From Eledone cirrhosa (lineage: Eukaryota): 64,000 nt of DNA. Of the stretch, positions 1 through 12,129 are shown piece by piece. The stretch is from positions 321,346,001 to 321,410,000 of the forward strand of contig OZ024741.1 in assembly GCA_964016885.1 (NCBI GenBank), read 5' to 3'. The notes below the pieces were generated by a model. That model did no database searches and was not told the DNA's origin. It saw only the letters and a list, made by a program, of their open reading frames with translations. Each line of letters begins with the position of its first letter. Position 1 is the stretch's first letter. A program made the position numbers and the translations under genes.

Positions 1-290
1 GCATTCACACAAATACACATAGATTCACACAAATACACGTACTTTCACACAAATATACATACTTTCACACAAATATACATAGATTAACACATATACATTT
101 ACACAAAGATACATACATTCACACATACATTTACACAAACATACATACATTCACACATACTTTCACACAAACATACATACATTCACACATACTTTCACAC
201 AAACATACATACATTCACACATACTTTCACACGAATATACATACATTCACACATATACATTTACACAAACACACACATACAGTCATGATA
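1..290. repeat. Degenerate tandem repeat of TTCACACAAAYATACATAC-like units
   Basis: Repeated ttcacacaaa/catacatac blocks with 20-32 bp periodicity. Confidence 0.85.
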
Positions 291-299
291 GCGTTCAGT

Positions 300-935
300 G
301 AACGAAAACACTAACAAATATAATATATACAATGGAAAGGGAAAGGAAAAAAAGAAAGAGAAATAATACACAAGCAGGTAATACACACATCTTAGACCAT
401 AGAATAGTATGCAGGCGAAAGAGTGGAAAAAAGAGACTCTACCAGAGCAAAAGATAGTAATATACCGAGGAGCACTGGGAAACCTCTCTAATAATTTTTT
501 AGGCAAGCCAGCACGCTCGCGGCGTTACCTGGGGTGATGGCGAGGCTGCGGTGCTTGAACAACCAAGTGCTCTCATGAGCATCACCAGTTACCTTTGTTT
601 GGCGAGCCGCCAGTGAAAATAAGAACCCCGCTGTCAGTAGCCCGACTCCCCCAAAATCTCGAACGCCACAGGCTGGATAATGTAGTTAGCTGACAGAACA
701 TGGTATTTTAGGATTTTGTTCCGTTGAGCTGCGGATGCTGTAGCTCTCGCCCTTACCGCTGCATCCAGGATGTGGGAAGAAGCAAAAGAATCACTAATTG
801 TGATGTCCCAGGTAAGGCACCTGCCTCCTGACCAGGAGAACAGAGTAAGACCGTCAAGTCTTTTCCCATCAATTCAGGATAACCCAGACTGTTCCAAAAT
901 TGAGGCGATATTTTCCCGGGCCAAAGCTCTTGAGT
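300..935 (-). mobile_element. CRE-clade non-LTR retrotransposon 3' fragment (restriction-like endonuclease), degenerate
   Basis: Manual minus-strand translation gives ...LS*IDGKRLDGLTLFSWSGGRCLTWDIT...ILKY...PVAFE...WLFKHRSLAITPGNAASVL, collinear with the RLE ORF at 12776-13357. Confidence 0.8.
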
Positions 936-1107
936 GGTAATAGGACAGTGTGCGTCTGTGCACGCGTGAGTTTGTCGGCGTGTGTGTATGTGTGTCACTG
1001 TTTTTAAGTTAGACATATATGTGTGTATCCCTTTCCTTCCTTTTACACACACATACATTCTCACAAACACATTGCGTGATGGACGGGTGGACAGAAGTCC
1101 CTCAAAT

Positions 1108-1752
1108 TTATATACATGTGAATGGAGTTCTACTGAAGCAGTTAGAGAAGTTCAAGTATCTTGGAGCCGTGTTCATGAGTTATGGAATGCAGGAGGCTGA
1201 ATTAAGTGCAAGAATTGCAAAAGCTGATGCAGTAAAGCGCCAGCCTCAGTAACCAGATGAAGGGGGTAGGTGTAAAAGCCAAACTCGCTGTCTTCCTGGT
1301 ATTCCTGCCAACTCTTACCGAGGATCATGAATCTTGAGTAATGATCAAAAGAATACAATTGAAAATAAAAGTGGCAGAAATGGGATTCCTCCGAAGGGTC
1401 TTTGGAGTAACGTTACTCGATAAAGTGCAAAGCTCAGAGACCAGAGATTCACTCCTGGTAGAGTCGCTACTTCTCCGAATTGAGAGATCATAACTCCGAT
1501 ATTATGAGCATGTGGTTAGAATGTCTCAGTAAAGAATCGCTGGACACATTTTACAAGCAAAACCAACCGACAAGAGACCCAGAGGTAGAACCTGAGCAAG
1601 ATAGTTGGATAACATCCATGAGCTTGGCTGGTCACGCTTTGGGATCCAGCTGGATCACTTAGAGATGTTTGCTACTGACAGACCCACTGGAAGGAATGTT
1701 TGAGAAGGACTCTTCCCCCACGACCCTCTCAGAAATAAATGGGTGAAGAAGA
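1108..1752 (+). mobile_element. RTE-clade LINE 3' fragment
   Basis: IHVNGVLLKQLEKFKYLG...ELSARIAKA post-RT motif. The 3' part is homologous to 29095-29490. Confidence 0.8.
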
Positions 1753-1983
1753 TATTGTCAATTTACTGTTCAATTTACATATATCTATATGCATATATAT
1801 CTGCGCATTATACCAATATGCACACTACATATGCTAGCAGAAAACCGCCTTTTGCGGTTTTTCTGCTAGTATATTTAAAGAATCTGTTTTTCCTCTCCTC
1901 CTCCTTGATCCGTCAAAGTGACACTATTTTATGTTCATTACTAAACAGCGCGACATATATTTTCCGTGCTGTTTCTAATCCTA

Positions 1984-2031
<48 letters not shown>

Positions 2032-2053
2032 CTTATATATATATATATATGAT

Positions 2054-2481
2054 AAGATTCAGGACCCCGACGACTGAGCTCCGCCATTTCGACAGCTAGA
2101 TCCAAACTAAGCTACTAGTATTAGAACGGCGGGGATCTAGCTGAACTAATCAAGGGGTACAGTCCATATATGGACATGCAGTCAAAGCAAAAAAGCAAAA
2201 AATCTAAGCAAACATATCTTAAAGGTTTGTTGTCTATCTTGTCAGATATTTTGCTTTGTTTTGCTTTGACTGCATGCCCATATATGGACTGCACCCCTTG
2301 ATAAGTTCAGCTAGATTCCCGTCGATCTAATACTGATGGCTTAGTTCGGATCGAGCTGTGGAAACGGCCGGAACTCAGCCGTCGAGGTCCTGAATCTTTT
2401 CATGTTACCCACTCTACTACCCCAAGTATCGAGTACTCTGGTACTTGTGGTCCACATGGTATCTTACCACATCTTCTTTCT

Positions 2482-2482
<1 letters not shown>
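2054..2482. mobile_element. PLE terminal-repeat hairpin (family A, long form) with a decayed hammerhead in each arm
   Basis: Inverted arms about 2054-2200 and 2248-2398 plus a one-sided tail, flanked by (TA)n. An arm reads acccc-TTGAT(A/T)A-long stem II-GAAA-stem III-GTC-g(g/a)ggt. Confidence 0.75.
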
Positions 2483-2543
<61 letters not shown>

Positions 2544-2607
2544 TGTATATACATGTATATATATATGTATGATAAAGTTATATCTGCATAAACACATACA
2601 TATATGT

Positions 2608-2670
<63 letters not shown>

Positions 2671-2673
<3 letters not shown>

Positions 2674-2871
2674 CGAAGGAAATGTAGTAAGGAACCAGGT
2701 GGACCATAACGCACCAAAGTACTCAATACTTAGGGTAATAGAGTGGGTAATAGGAACCAGTAAGACCCCGACGGCTGAGCTCAAGCCGTTTCGACGGCTA
2801 ATTCTGGACTGATTTAGACCAGAATTAGCCGTCGAAACGGCTTGAGCTCAGCCGTCGGGGTCTTACTGGTT

Positions 2872-2876
<5 letters not shown>
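2671..2876. mobile_element. PLE terminal hairpin, family A short form
   Basis: An 80-bp tail, then perfect inverted arms 2750-2807 and 2819-2876, between (TA)n tracts. Contains GAAAC-stem III-GTC. Confidence 0.8.
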
Positions 2877-2928
<52 letters not shown>

Positions 2929-3335
2929 GTATACATATATGTATGTGTTTATGCAGATATAACTTTATCAGACACTTCAGCTGCTAGCGCATCTCTTTAT
3001 ATATCTTAATTAATTATCAACACGAGCGCTAAATATATGCAAATTAGTATCTTCATTTCAGAGTAATACTAAGACCGAATGGCTATATATACCCATAAAA
3101 TAACTGCTTCCTAGTGGTTGATTGGATGATATACTCATCTTCTAATGAGGATTCAAAAAAATTCAAAAATCGATGAAAGTTGTTTATCATTTTTTTTTCC
3201 ATTTACAGGGAAATTTTGGCATGTTTGCATTCCCACAAGTTAGATATGTCTATATATATTTATATACAAAGGTGAACTCTTGTATTACGTAAATATAGCT
3301 TTATCATACACTTAGGCTGCTAGCGCACCTCCTAC

Positions 3336-3384
<49 letters not shown>

Positions 3385-3525
3385 TATATATAGTATATAT
3401 ATTATATTATATTATATTATATTATATTATATTATATTATATTATATTATATTATATATAACATTATAATTATTAATATTATATATGTATTATATTTATG
3501 TATGTGTATATATATATGTATATAT

Positions 3526-3612
3526 CACAGGCATTGCACGATAGAATTAATAATTATTAATAATGGTATATCGTGCGATGGCCATACTCGATAACGAGGG
3601 GGCAGCCATCTT
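3526..3612 (+). mobile_element. 5'-truncated copy of the SINE-like family seen at 60100-60723
   Basis: Near-identical to the reverse complement of 60100-60188. Ends ggccatactcgataacgagggggcagccatc. Confidence 0.75.
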
Positions 3613-3707
3613 CATCATATATATATATATATATATGCCCCAGCATGGCCTCAGCCGGATGGCTGGAACAGATAAAAAATGTATAAAATATATATATATA
3701 TATATAT

Positions 3708-3810
3708 ATAACGAAGGAATTGTGGTAAGGAACCAGATGGACCATAACGCACCAGAAATAGCTGTCGAAACGGCTTGAGCTCTGCCGTCGGGGTCATTCT
3801 TTTTCTTATA
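3708..3810. mobile_element. Family A hairpin copy with left arm deleted
   Basis: The tail taacgaagga... is joined directly to ...gtcgaaacggcttgagctc...gtcggggtc. Confidence 0.7.
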
Positions 3811-4178
3811 TATATATATATATATACAGGGATGAAAAATGGCGTGCTGCGTTGTTGTGGATGTGATACATATGAATTAAAAAATAGAGTAAGAAGCCAG
3901 GACTCTCCGTCATCAGTGATCTTCTGGCCATCATAGGTATTTCTTCGTATTAAAGATCATATACCTTAGGCCAGCGCGAGCAATAACTAAATAAAGTTAT
4001 TGCGATAAAAAGAATTGGGTGGAGAAAGAGAGACATGTAAACAAACAAGAATGGTAAGGCAACGTAAAGGGTGAAAAATAAAGTCAGTGATACAAGTGAA
4101 TAAGATCTGGCGGATCATTGACGAGAAGACGAAAGATGCATCCAAGCCATGCGAAATGTGAGCGAGAAAAGAATTTCA

Positions 4179-4316
<138 letters not shown>

Positions 4317-4524
4317 AGATAGATAAAGAGATAGAGAGACATGCGAAATCCCGACCACGGCGCCAAGCGGTTTTGGCTTGTTCTGCAGACCTTTTCATGT
4401 ATTTAACGGTTGAGAGAAAGGAGTACTTAATACCGAAGTAGAGTTTTAATATTCAATATTATTAAAGGTAAAACGTGTTACTCTGGAGTTTCGCCTCTTT
4501 AACACAGCGTCATACATATAATAT

Positions 4525-4833
<309 letters not shown>

Positions 4834-4880
4834 TGACCTCCATGTCAACAAATCCATTTAAATTCTCTAATATATGTATA

Positions 4881-4990
<110 letters not shown>

Positions 4991-5024
4991 TGTATGTGTG
5001 TGTGTGTGTGTAAAAGTCCTGGGT

Positions 5025-5150
5025 TCAATCGGGAATAACCACAGTAAGTACGGTACTCAATACATTAATAGAGTGTCAAAAATAAATTTAATATAGAAAT
5101 TGCCCTCTACAGGACTAGAACTGTTTCATTCGAAGGAAATCAACTGATAG
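5025..5150 (-). mobile_element. PLE terminal repeat fragment (family F) with partial hammerhead
   Basis: Minus strand reads tga-tttccttcgaat-GAAAC-agttcta-GTC-ctgtag. Homologues lie at 10905-11045 and 11360-11455. Confidence 0.6.
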
Positions 5151-6802
5151 TGTATGGTCTTCTAAATGTTAAACAAAGCGTTGGACTTTGCTACCACTTA
5201 CACTACTGTCCATGTTTTAGACAGGGAGATCATCGCACACTGCCGGAAAACCCTCCTCTTCAACAACGGAGTAGCCTGGGCAAAGAAGTCAACCACTTCA
5301 GAACTATTCGACATCTCCATAGGATCGTTTGACAGTGCTGACGTATGCGACTTGGTTGACCTATTTATTTTAAACATATTACGTGTTAGATTCCCGGACT
5401 TCCACACGGGAATATACCGCGACGATGGCCTGACCTTATCGAGCCAAAAAAGTGGTCACGACCTGGGCCAGTTTAAAAAAAGATTTAACCTCTACCTTTA
5501 ATAAGTTAGGACTTAGGATAACAGTAGCTACCAACCTCTCTAGCGTAAATTTCTTAGAAATTAATTTAGACCTTCGCACACATACCTTCAAACCATTCCA
5601 TAAGCTAAACGAAAAACTTAATTACATACACAAGGACTCATGCCACTCTCCTACTGTTTTTAGAAACTTCGTAAATAATATCAGTACTAGAATCTCTACC
5701 CTCTCCTCTAATAAAGCAATCTTTGACAGAGCGGCACCCTACTGTAATACAGCGTTAGCTAACAGCGGCTTCTCGCAACCAATTACTTACACCCCCGCTA
5801 ACACCAACAGCAATAAGAAAAGAAATCGTAACAATAGACAAACTATCTGGTTCTCCCCCCCCCCCCCTTCTCACTCAACGTTAAAACTAATGTAGAAAAA
5901 CAATTTTAGCCCTCTTAGATAGACACTTTCCCATAGGTCACAAATACTGCTCCATCTTTAACAGACACAGAGTAAAACTAGGGTACTCCTGCGCTAAGAA
6001 TATGAAGGCCCACATCACCAACAGTCCTAAGAGCGGCACCCCACCAGGATGCTCCTGCCGAAAGCCTGAAGCTTGTCCTCTTCAATAGCAATGCAACACA
6101 CCCGCTGTAGTTTATGAAGCTGTGGTCACTTCCAGCCGACCAACTCAACCACAGGAGGTCAAATCCTATGTGGGTATGGCGGAGGGCCGATTTAAGAAAC
6201 GCTTCCTGAAATATCAGTCGACCTTTAGGTACCCGGACTAACGATCATTCACGAAACTCGCGAGTCACGTATGGTCTCTCAAGGACTCAGGTATAGACTA
6301 CTCCATTCAATGAAAAGCCATCACTAAGTCCAAGCCATACTCAAGGGGCAATCGGTCTTGTGGACTGTGCATTGAAGAAAGGATAAATATTCTAAGATTA
6401 CGTAATAGCGATTGCCTAAATTCAAGGAATGAAATCTTCTCACTTTGTGCACATGTCTGGAAACACCTCTTGCATAACTACAAAGCTCCGGATTGAATAA
6501 CAACAACATTCTAATTTTCTAATCAACTCGAACATCTTTTCCGGACTTTCGCAGTTATCTCCCTTACACCTTTCGCCCGTGGTTTTGTATCGCTTGGGTG
6601 AAGTGACCGTTTCTGCGCATGCGCGTTCATACGGTTGTTCTTCCAGTTCCGTATAACCATGACCAGTCCGAGCTGAAGATCCGCATAAGGTGAAACAATT
6701 GTTCTCGGTATGGTGAACTAACTGTTGTATTACTACTTCTACCAAACTCAACCCATGGACTGAGTGTTCTACCACTACGGATATTACCTTCCAGTGTTCT
6801 AC

Positions 6803-6803
<1 letters not shown>
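5150..6803 (+). mobile_element. 5'-truncated Penelope-like element (Naiad-like RT + GIY-YIG), frameshifted
   Basis: FDISIGSFDSADVCDLV...GIYRDDGL RT motifs, CSCRKPEACPL..C linker, VVYEA...YVGMA endonuclease, CGLCIEE, and a 3' UTR with HHR. Confidence 0.9.
6668..6708 (+). ncRNA. Minimal type I hammerhead ribozyme
   Basis: ccgag-CTGAAGA-t-cc(gcataa)gg-t-GAAA-caattg-TT-ctcgg. Stem I is paired and stem III is palindromic. Confidence 0.75.
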
Positions 6804-6880
<77 letters not shown>

Positions 6881-6974
6881 TTGAATGTGGTGTGCGCCTT
6901 AGTGGCACACCTGATGAGATATTGATGCTGAGTCATTATGATCACACCCTGAGCTGATCGATATCGAAACAAGT

Positions 6975-7545
6975 TTAGCCTCAGAAGTCATAATTCAAAG
7001 ACTCTCACTCTTAGTTTACCTACAGCAGAAGAGGTAGCTTGAATACGTGCACTAAGCTCTTCATCTAGGTTACAATCTTTAGTGACATAGCTGCCAAAAT
7101 ATTTTAAGCATTCCACTCTGGCGAGTTTTTACCCATCAATGAAAAAATCAACTTGCTCTCCGACACTCATTGTTTCAGTCTTCTTAATGTTGATTCGGAG
7201 GCTCATTTTCAATGAAACTGTGTTATATGCAAGCAACAGTTGCTGTAGAACAATTGAATCATTGCAGAAAACAGCGATGTCATCAGCATATTGGGCCTCC
7301 ACTATGAAATCATGAAGTATCTTTGTCTTGGACCTGAGGCGACGAAGATCAAAAATATGGCCAACATATCTAAAGTGTACTTTGATGCGGTGTGATGAGT
7401 TGACTTCTTTGAAGACTATAAAGAGCAATACAGCAGCATAGAGCCCAAGCAGTGTTGGGGCAAGTTTTCAGCCTTGCTTCACCCCACTGTGGTAGTTGAT
7501 AGTGTTTGACAATTCGCCATCTATAATAAGCCCGTCAGACGGACT
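6975..7545 (-). mobile_element. RTE (BovB-like) RT fragment
   Basis: GVKQG*KLAPTL...FDLRRLRSKTK...QYADD...INIKKTE...KYFGS. Confidence 0.9.
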
Positions 7546-8533
7546 ATACCTATAATTCAAAAGGCCATCTTTGTCATATCTTTGTCATATTGTATCACGC
7601 CCAATCCCCCAGCGATTTATGGTACTGGAACATTTGTCGGTGGAATATTCAGTCATCCACAAGTTAGCAAGTAGGTCACTTCAATGCCCGAAAAGGGAAT
7701 ACACTCATCTTCGAAACCGGTGGGGGATTCATTTACTTTTACAATTAGTTAATGCACCAAGTAGTGATACACAAATGAAAATTTAATACTGAACCTAATG
7801 CTAGAAATAATATAATGGGTACTAATACATTTGTTGTTTCATTTATTATATAGAATTTGAAAAAAATTGAATTTACACTGCCGCCCTCACCACCACAACC
7901 ACATCCACAGCAATCACCATCACAATCAACACCACAACCGTAATCACCCCTTCTCAGCTGCCACCACCACCACTCCCGCTATCACAAACCCCCACCCCAC
8001 CACCGCCATGCCACCACCACCGTCACCACTACCAGCGACACCACCTACACCAACACCACCACCAATGCCACAATCAAATTCTGTTTGCATTAAAAATCCA
8101 CCATCGAGTCTTGTGTTAATAGATTATGCACACAGTATTCACATGGAACGCAAGGGATCCTATACAAATAAAGAATTATCACATAGTAACCCCAGTAGCC
8201 ATAGTAAAATATTGATTAACATAATCAGGGACTTAAGTAATATCATAATCCACAGATTATTAAAAAAATAGAACTTGAATACACAGAGTATATATATATA
8301 TATATAAATATATATATATATTTCGTTTCTGAATTTGTTTAGCAAGATTCTTTATCTGAAAACGTGTGTTGAAACCGATATTGTTATGCTTTGGGAGGGT
8401 CATGTTGCCAATAAGAAACACACGCACCAGTTGCTTTCACTTCAATTTATTATAAATTAAATTTATAAATTTAGGAATTTATAAATTTCCGGTTGGTTGG
8501 TTGGTTCCACAACCAGACGATTGTTCATATATT

Positions 8534-8576
8534 GTCAAAGTTCTTTCGTCACACATTCTGTGACCTCTTCAGTGAC
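8534..8576 (-). ncRNA. Minimal type I hammerhead ribozyme
   Basis: gtca-CTGAAGA-g-gtcaca(gaatg)tgtgac-GAAA-gaac-TT-tgac. Confidence 0.65.
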
Positions 8577-9708
8577 TGGGATTCTTTTCTTTGTTTTTGT
8601 GCCTCTTCTTTGTTCTGTCCTACGCCATCTTGTTTTGTGTGTGTTGTGTGCTTAGTTTGCGCATGTGTTACATCCGGGTGTCTGTGTGTGTTTATATTTG
8701 TTTATTTATTTGTTTATTTACATGTTACTGGTTGGTTGTTTGTTCTATGTGTATGTGTGTGTTTTCATTTTGTCCTTAATTGTAAGTTGTGATGCTGCTG
8801 TTCCATTCATGTTTTCTATTTAATTTTGGTTGGAGTTCATTTATGTTTATTGCCTCTGTGATTTGTCTAAACATTACGTCTTTTCTGTGTGTAGATTCTA
8901 TTTTTATTTCTATGTTCTCTAATTTACCCTTATGTTCTATTTTAGCATGTTGGTGGAGTACAGATGATTCTTTACTATCTTGAAGCTCTCGCCAGTGTTC
9001 ACTTATCCGTTCCCCTATACTACGAGCTGTCCCACCTATGTACACTATATTCTTATGTCTACATTGTCCCTCAGTACATCCCATGCTATATACTACATTT
9101 CTAGTTTTACAGTTAATATGGGGGCTTAGTTTACAGATTATACATTTCTTATCTATACAGGGAGGTCTTTGAAAAGGGTATGTATTGCTAATAAGTGTTT
9201 TTATGGTGGTACCTGGTCTTTCTACTATCTTAATATTGAGTTTATGTTTATCTAGGGCCCTTCTAAATTTGTAAGCTAATTCACCTCTAGGGGTTGTATC
9301 GATGAACATTACACTCTGTTATTTATTGCTATCATACCATGAATTTATTCTATTAACCTTATTCCTAGTTCTTTCTATTCTATTCCAAAATTTGCTCCAA
9401 TACAAGGGGCAGGTCCCATTTCTATCATTATTTACCATTTTTTTCCCATTTGGTTCTGGCTCCTCTATATATTCTGATTTTATCTCTCTGATTGTAACCA
9501 GAGAACTGCATACGGTGGATGAAGTGTGGTATGTGTCTCTCTAGTTCTTTGGGGTTGCACATACGGGACACGTTTCTCATCACCCGTACCAAATCCGCAA
9601 GCAGTATGTTGATTTTGGTATGGTCCGAAACAGCTGAGTTTCGGTGGATCAGATATTTGGAAGTCATGGGTTTGGCATAATGGGAATGGAGGATTTGTTT
9701 TTTGTTAT

Positions 9709-9803
9709 TAATTGTTTCTATTTTAGACACAAGGCCAGCAATTACCCAGTACATTACTGGTACTTTATTTTATCGACCCCATAAGGATGAAAAGCAAAGT
9801 TAA
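9709..9803 (-). mobile_element. 5'-truncated SINE inserted in the PLE RT
   Basis: SINE 3' half bounded by ttaat repeats. Removing it restores LWLDTINNKKQILHSHY. Confidence 0.85.
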
Positions 9804-10594
9804 TGGTATCTAACCAGAGCTCTGTGTCTAGTACAGGTAATCGATGGTTGGGGTGTTTGCTTGGGTAGTCTATAGTAACTCTAATACTCTGGTGGATGGA
9901 GTTAGCTATTTGCTGGATGCTTTCCATGGTGTTTTTCTCTAATTCCTGACTGTTCTTTAGTCGGGGTGTTTTTACTACGATGTTTATATCATCAACGTAG
10001 CGGGAGTACATAATCAGGGTTAAGAGGTTGCTGTCTTCTAATTGTTCTTTAAGTTTAAGTTTAAGTCTATTGTCCCACCATACCATGAATAGGTTAGCTA
10101 TGTCACCTGCAATGCTAACACCAATGGCTGCTCCCTCCTCTTGGGCATATGTTTTTCCATTAAATTTGAACATATATTCCTTCAGGGTTAATTTTATACT
10201 GGCCCCCACCGCATGTGCAATCATTTTCTTTAGTTCATCGTGGTTTTCAGGGGACCGTATGGCTCTTGTCCACCCGTTCCATCTATCTGTATGGGTTTTC
10301 TTGGCCATTGAGATAATGGTAGGTGGTCTGCCTCTTGCTGGTCTTGTAGGGCACAGGTTGCTAAGGTCATATGTATCTAGATAATCATTACTATAGGTAA
10401 GTTTAAGAGGTCACAGAATGTGTGACGAAAGAACGTTGACAATATATGAACAATCGTCTGGTTGTGGAACCAACCAACCTACCGGAAATTTATAAATTTA
10501 ATTTATAATAAATTGAAGTGAAAGTCACTGGTGCGTGTGTTTCTTATTGGCAACATGACCCTCCCAAAGCATAACAATATATATATATATACAT

Positions 10595-10673
<79 letters not shown>

Positions 10674-10678
<5 letters not shown>

Positions 10679-10862
10679 GTTTCTACATTTGTCACAAGGC
10701 CAGCCATTACCCAGTGTATTACTGGTACTTTATTTATCGACCCTGTAAGGATGAAATGCAAAGTTAACCTCGGCGGAATTTGAACTCAGATCATAAAGGG
10801 CCGTAACTCTATGCTGCAAAGCATGGAGTTCGACCTTCTACCGATACTGCCTATCCACCCCC
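10674..10862 (-). mobile_element. tRNA-derived Meta-core SINE, near full length
   Basis: A-box-like ggcagtatcggtag, B-box and Meta core. Confidence 0.85.
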
Positions 10863-11114
10863 TATATAAAAAATTAATAATAATAAATACAAAGACCAAA
10901 ATCCAAAGATAGAAATGGCATTTACAGGACTGGAACTGTTTCATTACGAATAAAACAGTTCTACTATTTCTATAATAAAAGGAATATGCTTATACTCTGC
11001 TAATGTATTGAGCACTTCTTTTAATTGTGGTCACCTCCCGATATACATCGAGAATCCGCCTATATATATATACCAGCTATATGGCTGGCTACAACTTCGA
11101 TTGATACCCAATAT

Positions 11115-11154
<40 letters not shown>

Positions 11155-11156
<2 letters not shown>

Positions 11157-11350
11157 AAAATTCATGACCCCGACGGCTGAGCTCCGGCCGTTTCAACAGC
11201 AAGCTCCGAACAGTTAGGATCTAACTGTTGAAACGGCCGGATCTCAGCCTTCGGGGTCCTGAATTTTTTCATATTACCCACTCTACTACCCCAAGTATCG
11301 AGTACTCTGGTGAGTAATGGTCAAACTCATTTTTACCCGCCTCCATTCTG
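11155..11350. mobile_element. Family A PLE hairpin (opposite orientation to the 2671 copy)
   Basis: Arms about 11157-11200 and 11225-11268, plus tail ttacccactctactacccc. Confidence 0.75.
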
Positions 11351-11454
11351 ATATATATATAGTGCTTTCCTGATGATTTCTTTCGAATGAGACAGTTCTA
11401 GTCCTGTAGAAGCCATTTCTATATTAAACATTTATACTCTACTATGTATTAACT

Positions 11455-11710
11455 ACATCCAAGGCTTGGGCGCCGTGTTAGACGCCCACAACAAAAATCA
11501 AACTCGCATCTCATAACAACAATACGGCACAATTATTTCACTTCAACTGGCCCCGCTCTCTTTAACATTACACGAAATCACATTAAAACAGAAACAGACC
11601 CCATAAAGTTCAAGAAGTCTTTGGACAAATTCCTTCAAGAAATCCAAGATAAGCCTCCTACACCCGGATATGTCTCCGCAAACAATAACTCCCTTTTAGC
11701 AAAAGCCCTT
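11455..11710 (+). mobile_element. CR1-type LINE 3' fragment
   Basis: TIRHNYFTSTGPALFN...FKKSLDKFLQEIQDKPPTPGY...NNS C-terminal motif. Confidence 0.7.
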
Positions 11711-11839
11711 GAAAATCCGTATGACAACACGGTGCCCTACGACTCCCCCAGGAGTTACGAGTAAAGATACATATGGACTGTATCTGTGATTTGAAGCAGC
11801 CGCCTATCTATGCTGATATTGCCTGGTTATTTCATTACA

Positions 11840-12045
11840 GGCGGTAGAAGGTCGGACTCCATGCTTTGCAGCATAGAGTTACGGTCCTTTATGATCTGAG
11901 TTCAAATCCCGCCGAGGTTAACTTTGCCTTTCATCCTCACGGGGTCGATAAAATAAAGTACCAGTCACGCACTGGGATCGATTTAATCGACTTTCCCCTC
12001 CCCCAAAATCGCTGGCCTTGTGCCTGTATAAGAAACCAATATTAC
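11840..12045 (+). mobile_element. tRNA-derived Meta-core SINE
   Basis: gagttcaaatcccgccgaggttaactttgcctttcatcc...gtcgataaaataaagtaccag. Confidence 0.85.
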
Positions 12046-12129
12046 AATTACATGCAAAAAGACAAATGTCATTACATAACAATATCGAAAAAGAAATATA
12101 AGTTTTAGTGACTTGACTCAAGATAGATA

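Larger units (their letters stand above)
8322..10578 (-). mobile_element. 5'-truncated Penelope-like element (RT + Cys-rich GIY-YIG) with inverted terminal repeat
   Basis: ORFs 9754-10308 (GAAIG..YVDD), 9428-9754 and 8776-9309 (VVY..YIGGT..ERISEH). 8378-8570 is inverted at 10405-10578, and both ends lie in (TA)n. Confidence 0.9.

Noticed and set aside
1834-1869. Small palindrome ending in CTAG on both sides
   Set aside because: Too short to assign; possibly a Helitron-end remnant.
6040-6480. Selenocysteine recoding as in some Naiad PLEs
   Set aside because: Conserved Cys positions use TGC/TGT. The one in-frame TGA (about 6311) replaces a conserved Trp, which is ordinary decay.
7867-8271. 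His/Pro/Thr-rich ORF
   Set aside because: A degenerate (CAC)n low-complexity tract.
10780-10862. tRNA gene
   Set aside because: The A/B boxes belong to a SINE head, and there is no cloverleaf.
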